IMG/VR virus record: IMGVR_UViG_3300031949_000008
Span: 32,001 to 96,000 of that record
Direction: 5' to 3' (one strand)
Length of the DNA: 64,000 nucleotides
DNA from: a virus
The stretch's first letter is position 1; every line of letters starts with the position of its first letter. A program made the position numbers and the translations under genes. The notes beneath the pieces were generated by a model, which saw only the letters and a program-made list of their open reading frames with translations, was not told where the DNA came from and ran no database searches. Shown here in pieces: positions 1-10,191 of the stretch.

Positions 1-1752
1 AGTAAAGGATTATATCTTATAAGCGGCTTTAATAACAAAGGCGGAGACTCAAATGGAGCAGGAAAATCAGCAATTTTATCTGGTATTCTCTGGACATTAT
101 TTGGAAAAACGCAATCTGGATTAGCAGGAAAAGATGTCGTCAGATGGGGAGAGCGTAGTTGTCAAGGTATCCTTTCCATATCAGATGAATATAGAAGATA
201 TGAAACTGCTAAAACTTATAAAATTATTCGATCTACTGATTCTTTGGAATTTTTTATTAATGATAAATCACAAATAGGACATAAGAAAGATATTCAGGAG
301 TTAATTAATAAAACCTTTGGTATTGATTATAGTTTATTTCTAACATTCAATATCTTCACTAAAGCATGGTCTAAGTTTATCACAGAAGTAGGTGATGCTG
401 ATCGTAAGAAGCTATTTAAATCTATATTGATGTTAGACCAATTAGATGATGCATATAAGAAATCTAAAGAAATATATGCTAATCTTTCTGTACAAGCAAA
501 TAAAACAGAAGGAATATTAAAACAGTTAGAGACCACTCTACCTGAATTGGAAGAATTATTAAAGAAGAATATTGAGCTTGCTGAAAATGAGGAGAGGATT
601 AAACAGGAAGCTGTAAAAGCATTAGAAGAACAAAAAGAAGCCCTTAAACCAGACAATATAAATTATATTGATGATATTCTAAAATTAGAAGGCAGCATCA
701 AAGAAATTTCAGAACAGAAACTACATGAACATATAGGATATTTTAACATACAACTTACAAATATATCTAATCTAATTTTTAATGATAAAGCTACTATCTC
801 GGAAATGGAAAGTCAATTAAAGAAAATGGCCACTATAGGTGCTGAATGTCCTACATGCGGCCAGAAAATTATTGCTAAAAATCGACAAATACATACACGG
901 CATCTTCAAATTATGAGAGATGAACATGTAGAATCATTGAAAACTAATGAAACAATTCGTGAGAATATTGAGAAAGAAATATTTAGTGCTGATGAATTAT
1001 TGAATGAAATGAAGGCTTTAGAAGATAGTAGAACAGCTTTGGAACGCAAACAATGGGAACAGGATTTAAAGATTAAGAAGTTTGAAGAATATTGTGCTAT
1101 GATGGAGCATTCTATGCAGCATATGCCTAATTCAAACTATTCACAACTTATTGATATGACTACAAATAAAATAGATAAAATTAAGGCCAGTATAATATAT
1201 AATCAAGATTTATTTCAGAATTATATGAAGGAGATCGACTACTTCAGTTATTTATCCTGGTTATACTCTCGCCAAGGTGTTATTAATTTAATAATAGAAA
1301 AATGCTTTGCTCGTCTAAAATCCTTAACTAATAGAAATTTAAGAAAAATATGTGCTGAAGGATTTAGAATTGATATATCACCACAGAAAGCATTGAAATC
1401 TGGCGAATATAAAGAAGAGATAGATATTTATATTTGGGACGGCACACAGAAGATCCCCTATGCCGCATTGTCTGCAGGACAAGCACAAAGAGTTAATATT
1501 GCTATGTTATGTGCATTATATGAATGGGGAAAAGAGATTGGCGCTAATACATTCTCTTGTTTATTTCTAGATGAAGTATTAGATCTATCATTAGCAGAAC
1601 GTGGACAGGAAGATGTACTTAATCTTATAATTGATCTTAAATCTAAGATACAACATATAATACTTATAACACATAAAGAAAATTTACAATCGAGATGGGA
1701 TCGACAAATTCAAATAATTAGAGGGGAAGATGGAATCAGTAAAGCAACCTAA
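1..1752 (+). CDS. SbcC/Rad50/T4 gp46-like recombination ATPase (5' end outside window)
   Basis: Frame is open from base 1 and in frame with the ORF at 244. Walker A NGAGKS near nt 52-69, coiled coil with zinc hook CPTC, signature LSAGQ, Walker B LFLDE, H-loop ITH. Confidence 0.92.
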   Translation, partial: SKGLYLISGFNNKGGDSNGAGKSAILSGILWTLFGKTQSGLAGKDVVRWGERSCQGILSISDEYRRYETAKTYKIIRSTDSLEFFINDKSQIGHKKDIQELINKTFGIDYSLFLTFNIFTKAWSKFITEVGDADRKKLFKSILMLDQLDDAYKKSKEIYANLSVQANKTEGILKQLETTLPELEELLKKNIELAENEERIKQEAVKALEEQKEALKPDNINYIDDILKLEGSIKEISEQKLHEHIGYFNIQLTNISNLIFNDKATISEMESQLKKMATIGAECPTCGQKIIAKNRQIHTRHLQIMRDEHVESLKTNETIRENIEKEIFSADELLNEMKALEDSRTALERKQWEQDLKIKKFEEYCAMMEHSMQHMPNSNYSQLIDMTTNKIDKIKASIIYNQDLFQNYMKEIDYFSYLSWLYSRQGVINLIIEKCFARLKSLTNRNLRKICAEGFRIDISPQKALKSGEYKEEIDIYIWDGTQKIPYAALSAGQAQRVNIAMLCALYEWGKEIGANTFSCLFLDEVLDLSLAERGQEDVLNLIIDLKSKIQHIILITHKENLQSRWDRQIQIIRGEDGISKAT

Positions 1753-1945
1753 ATGTTATTATTGTCTCTCTTGGAAATTATTAACTGAAGATGGTGAAAC
1801 AGGTTGGTGTAAGATTAAAGATACTTGGACAAACTGGAAGAGTTTATGTAAAGATTATGAAATAGACCCTATCTGTTTAAAATATAGAAAAGAGAAACTA
1901 GATCCAGTGATAGATCCGAAATCTGGAGCCTATCAAGATGTATAA
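1730..1945 (+). CDS. small Cys-rich hypothetical protein
   Basis: 71 aa with CYYC..C..C; overlaps the upstream stop; AGGGG RBS. Confidence 0.6.
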   Translation: MESVKQPKCYYCLSWKLLTEDGETGWCKIKDTWTNWKSLCKDYEIDPICLKYRKEKLDPVIDPKSGAYQDV

Positions 1946-1946
1946 C

Positions 1947-2282
1947 TCATTCACGCAATAGCCCAGCAGAACGAAGAGCACCTGTAAATATTCTACTAAA
2001 GGGGTCTACTATCATTTCTTCTAGATTACCTAATTCATCTAAAAAGTTTGCTGGTATAATTACATCCAATGTTCCATGTGTCAATTCATGTATAATAACC
2101 TGAATTTCTTCTGAAGGAGACATATTATGTTCAAGTTCTAGTATTCTTTTATCAAAATTTATAGATCCCCTAGCGGCTATTTTCTTACCTATTATTATTC
2201 TCGGTCTATAGATTACTTTATATACAATACCACCAATTTCAATAGTCTTACCTTCCAATAATCCTTTACGTTTTTTAGCCAT
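1947..2282 (-). CDS. HExxH phage metallopeptidase-like protein
   Basis: IIHELTHG motif followed by EE, typical of small phage ImmA/IrrE-like proteins. Confidence 0.65.
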   Translation of the reverse strand: MAKKRKGLLEGKTIEIGGIVYKVIYRPRIIIGKKIAARGSINFDKRILELEHNMSPSEEIQVIIHELTHGTLDVIIPANFLDELGNLEEMIVDPFSRIFTGALRSAGLLRE

Positions 2283-2299
2283 TAGTACCTTTCATATAG

Positions 2300-2326
2300 A
2301 AGAAAAAGAAGCCCCCGAAGGGGCTT
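2300..2326 (-). terminator. Rho-independent terminator ending the lysis cassette
   Basis: Minus strand reads AAGCCCC-TTCG-GGGGCTT followed by CTTTTTCTT. Confidence 0.85.
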
Positions 2327-2334
2327 GCATAGGG

Positions 2335-2472
2335 TTATATTTTATCTACAGCCTTCTGTGCTGCATCTTTTGCCTTTATAAGTATCTTACTTTTAATCTT
2401 CCATAGGTATACAACACCCGCTCCAACTACACTTCCAACAATAAAACCAACGACTAGTCCAACCCAAAACAT
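2335..2472 (-). CDS. 45-aa single-TM membrane protein in the lysis cassette (not in ORF track)
   Basis: MFWVGLVVGFIVGSVVGAGVVYLWKIKSK...; GGAGGTGA RBS. Confidence 0.7.
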   Translation of the reverse strand: MFWVGLVVGFIVGSVVGAGVVYLWKIKSKILIKAKDAAQKAVDKI

Positions 2473-2487
2473 ATCAATCACCTCCTA

Positions 2488-2952
2488 TTAAGAATTAGTT
2501 CCTTGCTTTTTATCATAACTACGCATTGTACCTACTCCTAACATTCCAATCAATAATGTTACTAATACGGCCACATCTAAAGTTGGAGGTTGAACTATAT
2601 TAGCTAATTTAGCTATCCATACCCATATAGGATATATAAATGTACTCCATGCTAATCCAGTAACACATAACCATCCAGTAGCTGGTCGCCAAGCATTAAA
2701 AAATCCTGGTTTTACTGCTTCTATTTTATTTATTTCTATTTGGGCTATTTGAATTGATTGATCTATTTCTTTTATTTTTAATTCAAGAGCCAGAGCTTGT
2801 GCCTCAAGTTCAGCTGCTTTATTAGGATCTAATATTTTTTTACCAGTAATCACTTCTCTTACACTAGTAAGAAAACCACCAAATCCAGTAAATATACTAC
2901 CAGCATTAGAAAGAATGTCTTTTAAATCAACATTAACTATTCCTGCTCCCAT
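2488..2952 (-). CDS. holin (3TM/GTA-holin-like)
   Basis: WRPATGW motif, two TM helices, C-terminal LGVGTMRSYDK; adjacent to the lysin gene. Confidence 0.85.
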   Translation of the reverse strand: MGAGIVNVDLKDILSNAGSIFTGFGGFLTSVREVITGKKILDPNKAAELEAQALALELKIKEIDQSIQIAQIEINKIEAVKPGFFNAWRPATGWLCVTGLAWSTFIYPIWVWIAKLANIVQPPTLDVAVLVTLLIGMLGVGTMRSYDKKQGTNS

Positions 2953-2964
2953 CTAAATCACCTC

Positions 2965-3363
2965 CTAGACAGTTTTAATAGTAAGTTCAAATTCATTTAT
3001 ATCCTTAAGTCTATTAAGAAATTCCTCAAAAGCTATGCCACTAGCTAGTACTGCTATATTTGTATCTAAATAACCATATTGCTCTCCTACTATTATACAA
3101 CCATGACTATCATCATCAATATTTCCTTTATGAAATAAAATAGCAGTACGTTCTGGAACATGTGTGACTTCAAATGTATTACCATGCTTAGTAAATTGTC
3201 CTCTTTTACAAATGTAAAATCCATCTGGAATACAACTAATACCAGATTGATTATTAAGCCAAGGTCTTTCAACAGTAAGACAAAATGGAATAGTATCGTC
3301 TATTAACACTCCGAATGTACCATCTATATTAGATGCTATTCTTTTTAAAATAAAATTTTTCAT
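2965..3363 (-). CDS. endolysin, DUF5675-like peptidase
   Basis: TVERPW..N..SCIP.G.Y and R..ILFH.GN..DSHGCIIVG motifs. Confidence 0.85.
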   Translation of the reverse strand: MKNFILKRIASNIDGTFGVLIDDTIPFCLTVERPWLNNQSGISCIPDGFYICKRGQFTKHGNTFEVTHVPERTAILFHKGNIDDDSHGCIIVGEQYGYLDTNIAVLASGIAFEEFLNRLKDINEFELTIKTV

Positions 3364-4502
3364 GATTTAATGCCTTCCTTTATAGTATTACATATCATTT
3401 CAACATCTTCTAATGTTAGATCCAAATGTAATGGCAAACTAATACAGGAATTAAAAAATTCTCTTGCATTTTTACATCCAGCATCTGTCTCAGATTTTCG
3501 ATACATTGGATAATCTATAGATAACCTATAGTGACATCCAGTATGGATGTCTTTTCTATATAAATAATCCATAATATAAGTTTTCATTTTAGCAGGAGCT
3601 TTTATTACCATTAGATGATTAGAAGATTTTCTATTCTCAAATATCTTTAATAGTTCCACTTCTTCTATATTACTCAATAATTCTCGATATTTATCTACAA
3701 GTATCTGACGATAGGCTTTATCTTCTTCATAATGTTGTAGTTGTCCTAAACCAATTGCTGCTTGAATATCATTCATATGTGCTTTATACCCTACTAATTC
3801 CATATCATAATCCCACTTATAACCTTCCTGTGTAGTTCTATTTGTTGTATCCTTATTTATTCCACACCATCTCATTCGGCGAGCAAATTCATTAATTGCA
3901 GGATCATATGTTGTGATTAAACCACCATCACCAATGGCTAATGGCTTAACAGAATGAAAACTAAAACATACTAATTTAGAATGTAGACAACCAATCTTTT
4001 CATTCTGATATTCTGCACCGAAGGCATGTGCTGCATCTTCTATTACGTCTATATTATATTTTGTAGATAATTCATAGATAGCATCTAAATCTACAGGCAT
4101 ACCAGCATAATGCACAGCCATAATTCCTTTAACTCGTGATCCAATAAATGAATCCTTTAGAAATCGTTCTATAGATTCAGGATCAATATTACCTGTATCT
4201 GACTCAACATCACAAAATATTGGATAATATCCTGCCTGCAATATTGAATGATTAGTAGAAATAAAGGTAAGTGGTGTAGTTAAAATAAAACTTCCGTGTG
4301 GAGCATGTAATGACATTAGAGCAATTTGTAGAGCTGCAGTGCCTGAATTCAAAGCAATCGTATAAGGTGTATTAAGATATTTAGCCACAGCCTTCTCAAA
4401 CTCTTCAACTTTTGGCCCCAATCCAGTCCAACCTGAGCGTAAAACTTGTGTGATATTATCTATACTTTCTTGATAAACTTTATGTCTTAATAATTGGATC
4501 AT
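3360..4502 (-). CDS. DegT/DnrJ/EryC1/StrS PLP-dependent sugar aminotransferase
   Basis: NSGTAAL, VHYAG, IEDAAHA, FSFHSVK (PLP Lys), GDGG and ISLPLH. Probable start is ATG 4502 after GGAGA; the ORF track extends it to 4559. Confidence 0.93.
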   Translation of the reverse strand: MIQLLRHKVYQESIDNITQVLRSGWTGLGPKVEEFEKAVAKYLNTPYTIALNSGTAALQIALMSLHAPHGSFILTTPLTFISTNHSILQAGYYPIFCDVESDTGNIDPESIERFLKDSFIGSRVKGIMAVHYAGMPVDLDAIYELSTKYNIDVIEDAAHAFGAEYQNEKIGCLHSKLVCFSFHSVKPLAIGDGGLITTYDPAINEFARRMRWCGINKDTTNRTTQEGYKWDYDMELVGYKAHMNDIQAAIGLGQLQHYEEDKAYRQILVDKYRELLSNIEEVELLKIFENRKSSNHLMVIKAPAKMKTYIMDYLYRKDIHTGCHYRLSIDYPMYRKSETDAGCKNAREFFNSCISLPLHLDLTLEDVEMICNTIKEGIKS

Positions 4503-4971
4503 GATATCTTCTCCGATTTTCTCGATGACATGTCCTACAAAGTCTACATGTTTTTCCATTTGTCTTTATTTGTGTATATGTATTTTCCTTAGTATATTCA
4601 TGTCCTTTGGGGCAATGAGTTTTATTCCGATTATAAGAATGTCTTCCAGGTCTCTTTTTCCAGCGCTCTATTACATCTTTAATTTGTCCTTGTCTTCGTG
4701 GTGACATTAATGAATATAAAGTCATCATCCATTGTATTGCTTTATTACAGGACAAGGAATAATAATATATACTGCGGTTATCTGAATACTGTATACTTCC
4801 TGCTTTAATAATAGATAGTACTTTATCTAATGGCCATCGTTGTTTTTGATTAGCTACAAGTCTAGGATCTCTATCTTCTTCGCTCTTCCCCTTCTTTGTC
4901 ATTATAAATGAACCTTCTCCTTCTAGAAATCCTGCTAACCAGCTAAAATCCTTTACAGTAATTTCTGACAT
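4480..4971 (-). CDS. free-standing LAGLIDADG homing endonuclease with C-terminal zinc finger
   Basis: WLAGFLEGEGSF; C-terminal NKTHCPKGHEY...CRLCRTC. Confidence 0.8.
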   Translation of the reverse strand: MSEITVKDFSWLAGFLEGEGSFIMTKKGKSEEDRDPRLVANQKQRWPLDKVLSIIKAGSIQYSDNRSIYYYSLSCNKAIQWMMTLYSLMSPRRQGQIKDVIERWKKRPGRHSYNRNKTHCPKGHEYTKENTYTQIKTNGKTCRLCRTCHRENRRRYHDPIIKT

Positions 4972-5261
4972 ACTTCTTCCAAAGTTCTTCCTAAATCATC
5001 CACGTAATAATGCGCGTAGACCTTCCCCATTACCAATTGAGAGTATTTAACATTATTTTTCTTCAGCCATTTTTCAGTCATATCATATAGAAACCAACCT
5101 CTAGCTGTATGAATTATAATTCTATGTCCTTGATCAAATAATTTATTTATTTTATCAATATTCTCTGTTATAGGTTGAGCAAATTCATACCTATCTGGTG
5201 ATATAGGTTTAGCTAAAATACCATCTAAATCTATAGCTAAAATCCAGGGTTTATGCGACAT
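4953..5261 (-). CDS. HAD-superfamily phosphatase (capsule-biosynthesis phosphatase-like)
   Basis: IDLDGIL, HTARG, K..A.YYVDD; probable start MSHKPW. Confidence 0.85.
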   Translation of the reverse strand: MSHKPWILAIDLDGILAKPISPDRYEFAQPITENIDKINKLFDQGHRIIIHTARGWFLYDMTEKWLKKNNVKYSQLVMGKVYAHYYVDDLGRTLEEVCQKLL

Positions 5262-5805
5262 TAGTATTTTGTCCTTCATATGAATCTGACATATCATCAT
5301 AAGATTCAATTTTTATTGGTGCATTCCAATTAATATCATTATTAATTTTTTCCATAATAAGAATTGGACGTGTTAACATTTTAAATCCAGATCTATTATA
5401 AATAGCTATAGCATCTTTATTATCTTCAAAAACTTCTACACGAATTTTAAATAAACACATAGAATTGAAAGCTAAATCCAGCATACTTTTCACTGCTTCT
5501 TCTGCATATCCATTTCCTCTATATTCATCTAATAAAAGCACACGACCTAATATCGCTATTCGTTTTCCGATGTCTATATTATAAAGAGCAATTGTACCAA
5601 TACTTTGTCCAGATTTTAATCTAATAATAAACATCTGATCTGTTTTACAATCTTGATATTTTTCATACCATACTCGCTGCTGCTCTTTAGAAATTTCTCC
5701 TGTGTCAAAAAATTTATCTTTATTCTTATTCCTTGTCTCTCTCAACCACTCAATATCCTTCGCATTAATAGGCCATAAAATTAATCTTTCTGATTTAAGT
5801 AGCAT
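5251..5805 (-). CDS. GNAT N-acetyltransferase (RimJ/PseH-like)
   Basis: SERLIL, IGTIAL, EYRGNGYAEEA, N..AIAIY...GF. Confidence 0.88.
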   Translation of the reverse strand: MLLKSERLILWPINAKDIEWLRETRNKNKDKFFDTGEISKEQQRVWYEKYQDCKTDQMFIIRLKSGQSIGTIALYNIDIGKRIAILGRVLLLDEYRGNGYAEEAVKSMLDLAFNSMCLFKIRVEVFEDNKDAIAIYNRSGFKMLTRPILIMEKINNDINWNAPIKIESYDDMSDSYEGQNTNVA

Positions 5806-6682
5806 TTAATATCTCCTTCCAGGTTTTTCCAATAGTCTCAATTGAATATCTATCTATTACATCCTTCCTTGCTTGTTCTGATATTCTAAATCTTAACGAA
5901 TAATTTTTTAGCAATTCTAAATACATCGCAAATTCTTCTTTAGTATTATTAAAACAAATAAATCCATTTTTCCCTTGACGAACAATAGATATATAAGCTG
6001 GAATAGGGCTAGCAATAACAGGCACACATAATATCATTGATTGTGTAATTCGATTATTTCCTTTAGCTAATTCATATTCTGGTAACTCTCCTAGAAATGG
6101 TATTAACATCACATCTGCATCCATCCAATCTGCCCATACGGTCTTTAAATCCCATAATTTGGTAGCTTTTGATGTAGCACTGATTGTAATGTATTTATAT
6201 CCAATGCTTTCTACTAATGGACGTATTTCTTCTGCCTGTGGGAAATGTAATAACGTACCAATCCATATTGCAGTTAGAGGTTCTGTAGGTGTATAACATA
6301 ATTTTCTAAGATGTCTAGGAGTTTCATAAGCATCTAAAAGTACATAAGATTTTTTAATATAAGATTTAAAATAATCCTGAATATATTCAGAACCAAATAA
6401 TGCTACATCTATGACTTGTAAAGCAGGAATTGCTTCTGTATATAAATCATCTAATATATAATATGTTTTAATATTATGTTCTTTATATATTTTAATAATA
6501 TCTGTAATTCGATTATCAATAATTTTTTGAAATATTATTGCATCTAATGTTAAATCTATTTCTGGAAATTGTAATATTGTAGAATTTATATTATGTTCAT
6601 TAAACCAATTATGAACTTGATAGCCCATTATACGACTTGAGGCCGTATTCATATCACCATTCATATACCAACCTATGTTCAT
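5795..6682 (-). CDS. GT-B glycosyltransferase-like protein
   Basis: ASSRI, DD-containing N-domain, K.NNR...M...VPVIASP..Y...G.NG. Confidence 0.8.
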   Translation of the reverse strand: MNIGWYMNGDMNTASSRIMGYQVHNWFNEHNINSTILQFPEIDLTLDAIIFQKIIDNRITDIIKIYKEHNIKTYYILDDLYTEAIPALQVIDVALFGSEYIQDYFKSYIKKSYVLLDAYETPRHLRKLCYTPTEPLTAIWIGTLLHFPQAEEIRPLVESIGYKYITISATSKATKLWDLKTVWADWMDADVMLIPFLGELPEYELAKGNNRITQSMILCVPVIASPIPAYISIVRQGKNGFICFNNTKEEFAMYLELLKNYSLRFRISEQARKDVIDRYSIETIGKTWKEILNAT

Positions 6683-6684
6683 AG

Positions 6685-6843
6685 TTAATCCTTAATTACT
6701 CTTAATATATCACAAGGTTTGCCACACTTACTACATTCAAAAGAACATGTACCAATAGTTTGTTTAGTTGGATCATCTCCTATAAAATCAGGAAGATCTG
6801 AAAATATCATTTTAACTTCTGCATTACAACATTTACTCTTCAT
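6685..6843 (-). CDS. 52-aa Cys-rich (zinc-ribbon-like) protein (not in ORF track)
   Basis: MKSKCCNAEV...FECSKCGKPCD; its start overlaps the upstream stop (ATGA). Confidence 0.65.
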   Translation of the reverse strand: MKSKCCNAEVKMIFSDLPDFIGDDPTKQTIGTCSFECSKCGKPCDILRVIKD

Positions 6844-7409
6844 TTCACCACTCTTAAATAAAATCCTAATTTTTCAAGTATATTATTATATAATTTATAT
6901 TGCATTTTTTGTTCTAGTGTTGCCCATGTAGCAAATCTCTTTTCAATATTTAATAAATCAAATGTTGATGTGTGTTTATAATGAGGTACACTATCATCTC
7001 TTATATCCCAATATTTATAACTATCTTCAGCAAATGTAGTTTTATGAGAATAATCTTTATGCTGGCCTTCCCATGAATAATAAGGCACACCGATATATAC
7101 AAATGCTCCATTCACACACACACGCCAAATTTCTTGCATAATATCTCCTACATTTGATAAATGTTCCAAAATATAATCAGCCCAGATATATTTTACAGTA
7201 TCAGATGGTAAAGGAATAATACCTTCTTCAAGATTACAGACAATATCTGGTTCTAAATCTGTGTCAATATCTAATCCATAAAATCCTACTATTCTCTTAT
7301 CTTTGGGGCCACACCCAAGTTCAAGTCTAATTAAATTACCAGCCTGAATATCATCTATGATCTTAGGATTAATAGGAGCATTGCTATTCAATACATATTT
7401 ATGTAACAT
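6840..7409 (-). CDS. class I SAM-dependent methyltransferase-like protein
   Basis: LELGCG, GLDID, ILEHL, EIWRV...G, D.SH motifs. Confidence 0.85.
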   Translation of the reverse strand: MLHKYVLNSNAPINPKIIDDIQAGNLIRLELGCGPKDKRIVGFYGLDIDTDLEPDIVCNLEEGIIPLPSDTVKYIWADYILEHLSNVGDIMQEIWRVCVNGAFVYIGVPYYSWEGQHKDYSHKTTFAEDSYKYWDIRDDSVPHYKHTSTFDLLNIEKRFATWATLEQKMQYKLYNNILEKLGFYLRVVK

Positions 7410-8786
7410 TTACATGCCTCTCTGAATAGGGATTTCATCTCTTTCCCTACACTTCCAAAAATCATCCATAAAATGATCCCATGTAAAATCCCATCCATGT
7501 TCTAATAAAAATTTAGCCATAAAGAAATTGACCATATCACCAACTTCCCTACTAGTCCAAATTGGCTGATATCGAAGAGTGTATTCACTCCATTCTTTAA
7601 ATGTTTGTGGCATTCTATATCCTTGATCTTTAAAATCTTCATATAGTTCACTACCAGGATATGGCCGTATAAAAAATAATTTAAATTTCATATAAGGATT
7701 AATTTTATGAGCTTCTTGTAACATTAAAATAGTATCTTTAAAATCTCCTATTTCATCAGAATCAGGAAATCCAGTCATTGTACTTAAGTCAGGAATCATA
7801 CCAAATTTAGTTATTTTTTCTACAAATTGTAATATATGGTCTTTAGTTTGATGCTTCTGTAAACGATCTAATATAACTTGGCTTCCACTTTCCGCTCCTA
7901 TAAGTATCTCTTTAATACCTGCCTTAGCTAATAATTTATATAAATCATCTGAGTAAGAAAGAGCTGCTCTTGCATGAACCAAAATAGAAATAGGTATATA
8001 ATTATACCCTCTTTTAATCCATTTTTCACAGAATTCTATAACTCGTGCTTTTTTACAAAACCATTCATCATCATCTATATTAATATGTGATAATTGTCTT
8101 TTATTCTGAAATATATAAGAAAAATCATCTATAACATTATCTATTTCCCTAAATACATATTTACGTTTTGATATAACTTTAAGACAGCAAAATGTGCAGT
8201 TTTCATAGCATCCAAAACTAGTTAAGTATCCGAAATAAGGCCCATATTTGTTTAAATCAATCATCTCAAATGGAATCTTATGAAACTTAGTAGGTAAAGA
8301 AGGACAACCTGTGTCTAAATAACCCTCTGGTTGCTTCCAGATTACTCCAGAACAAGACTTTTTATTATCGACTATATCATCTGCTAACTGAATTATATTA
8401 TGTTCAAATTGGCCTTTTACTACTATATCTACAAACGGTTCTTTAATTAATTGATCTGGAATTAATGAAGCGGCCCAACCACCCCAAACTATTGGAATAG
8501 AATTATCTATTGATTTTACATATTTAGCAAAATTACCTGCTCCTCTAAGTTGTTGCCCGATTAAACTACTAATGCCAATGAAAATAGGTTTATTCTTTAT
8601 GTAAGTATCTAATATTGCAGGATTATCTACACGAGCATCAAATAATTTAACATCATATCCTGCTTCAATTAATGGCCCTGCTAATGTTAAAATAGAAAAA
8701 GGTACACGGTGTAATCCGTCTGTTTTAATATAAGATAATTCTGGATAATATAATAATATCGTACCTTTCGACTTATTCCATCCCAT
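7410..8786 (-). CDS. cobalamin-binding radical SAM protein (class B methylase-like)
   Basis: N-terminal B12-binding domain (P.S..TLAG, IVWGG), TSFGCYENCTFC, GAESGS, GFP, PYPGS. Confidence 0.9.
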   Translation of the reverse strand: MGWNKSKGTILLYYPELSYIKTDGLHRVPFSILTLAGPLIEAGYDVKLFDARVDNPAILDTYIKNKPIFIGISSLIGQQLRGAGNFAKYVKSIDNSIPIVWGGWAASLIPDQLIKEPFVDIVVKGQFEHNIIQLADDIVDNKKSCSGVIWKQPEGYLDTGCPSLPTKFHKIPFEMIDLNKYGPYFGYLTSFGCYENCTFCCLKVISKRKYVFREIDNVIDDFSYIFQNKRQLSHINIDDDEWFCKKARVIEFCEKWIKRGYNYIPISILVHARAALSYSDDLYKLLAKAGIKEILIGAESGSQVILDRLQKHQTKDHILQFVEKITKFGMIPDLSTMTGFPDSDEIGDFKDTILMLQEAHKINPYMKFKLFFIRPYPGSELYEDFKDQGYRMPQTFKEWSEYTLRYQPIWTSREVGDMVNFFMAKFLLEHGWDFTWDHFMDDFWKCRERDEIPIQRGM

Positions 8787-9658
8787 TATTCTTTACCTAC
8801 TTTATACCTCTGGCAGAATATCCAGTTATTCTCACTTCCTGTCATATATTCATCAGACGATGTAAGATAACCAGGATCAAAATGTGAACTTAAATATAAT
8901 GATTTCTTCTCTAAATACATAGCATTATATTTAGAAGCTTTGGATATATTCTTCATATATAATACTTTAGCCAATCCTTTCTGAGGATGTTTATTTTCTT
9001 CTAATTGACATACATTCTGTTTAATAACACAATCAGACAAATAAACATTTTCTAATCCTAATTGATTTATACGGATTGGCATATCTAAATCATCACACTG
9101 TAAGTCTTCATTAAAATAACCTAATTGATCTAATACTTCACCTTTTAAAGCCCATACACATCCAACAACTCCTTGTCCTCTTGGTGATATCTGCATCCAG
9201 AAATGTGGTTCTCGTTCTTCTACTTTAACTTCCTTAAAGAACTCTCGCCTTCCATCGCTCTCCATCCAAAATGTAGGTCGTTGTGCCAATGCTGAACCAA
9301 TATCTTTATAACTTAATGCTTTTAATAACAGATGCAAAAATCCAGGAGTTTCGACTAGGCAATCATCGTCCCACTTTATATATGTCTGACCTGGTTTTCT
9401 CAATGATATTAATTGATTATGACCAAAAACGATTCCTGTATTAACCTCATTTTCTATAATAACATCAAAGTTTTTCCTATAAGTATGTATAACTTGTTTA
9501 ACTTCAGGAGTTGCATCTTGATCTAGTATAGCCCATTCAAACTCTGAACGAATAGAATGCTGTAAAATATCTAATATACATCCTAAAGTTGCTTGTTCAC
9601 GTCCTAAGACACACATTCCTATTAAAGGTTTCATTCTTTGACCGCTAATATATGACAT
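8786..9658 (-). CDS. GT-A (family 2-like) glycosyltransferase
   Basis: N.G....N, WDDD (DxD), LGYFNE, DDLD..IR; the true start may be 9634. Confidence 0.82.
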   Translation of the reverse strand: MSYISGQRMKPLIGMCVLGREQATLGCILDILQHSIRSEFEWAILDQDATPEVKQVIHTYRKNFDVIIENEVNTGIVFGHNQLISLRKPGQTYIKWDDDCLVETPGFLHLLLKALSYKDIGSALAQRPTFWMESDGRREFFKEVKVEEREPHFWMQISPRGQGVVGCVWALKGEVLDQLGYFNEDLQCDDLDMPIRINQLGLENVYLSDCVIKQNVCQLEENKHPQKGLAKVLYMKNISKASKYNAMYLEKKSLYLSSHFDPGYLTSSDEYMTGSENNWIFCQRYKVGKE

Positions 9659-10191
9659 TTAAATTTCACAAAATCTTCAGGAGACATACCTCTACTTAAT
9701 AGTTCTTTGTCATTCTTTAATTCTTCCAGTCGCTCTTCAGTAATATCTTTTACTTCTGAAAATCCAACATCTTTTAGTCGATCAATTAAGAGTTCTGGCC
9801 ACCAGAGCGAACGATGATTATCATATGGATCTTGTCCATTGCCTAAAATATTAGATATAACATATGAAAAATAATTACCACTCTTAAACATTTCTATACA
9901 TCCTTTAAAATTAGGACAAGAAATATATAATGTACCTCGTGGTACTAAAACTCTATAACAATCTTTAAATAATAACCAAAGTTCCGAATAAGTTAAATGT
10001 TCAATAAATTCTATAGTTATAATATCAGATATACTATGATCTTTATAAGGAATCCCTAGACGAAGATCACATTTAAAATCTACTGTTTGATGTTCGATAA
10101 TGTCTAAATTACGATAATTTTTATATTTATCATAGCGATGTTTTAGAGGATTTCTTCCTCCTCCTAATTCTAATTGAATGTTTGTATCCAT
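9631..10191 (-). CDS. class I SAM-dependent methyltransferase (type 11-like)
   Basis: LELGGG, NLDI, FIEHL, YRVLVPRG...CPN. Confidence 0.85.
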   Translation of the reverse strand: MDTNIQLELGGGRNPLKHRYDKYKNYRNLDIIEHQTVDFKCDLRLGIPYKDHSISDIITIEFIEHLTYSELWLLFKDCYRVLVPRGTLYISCPNFKGCIEMFKSGNYFSYVISNILGNGQDPYDNHRSLWWPELLIDRLKDVGFSEVKDITEERLEELKNDKELLSRGMSPEDFVKFKCHILAVKE

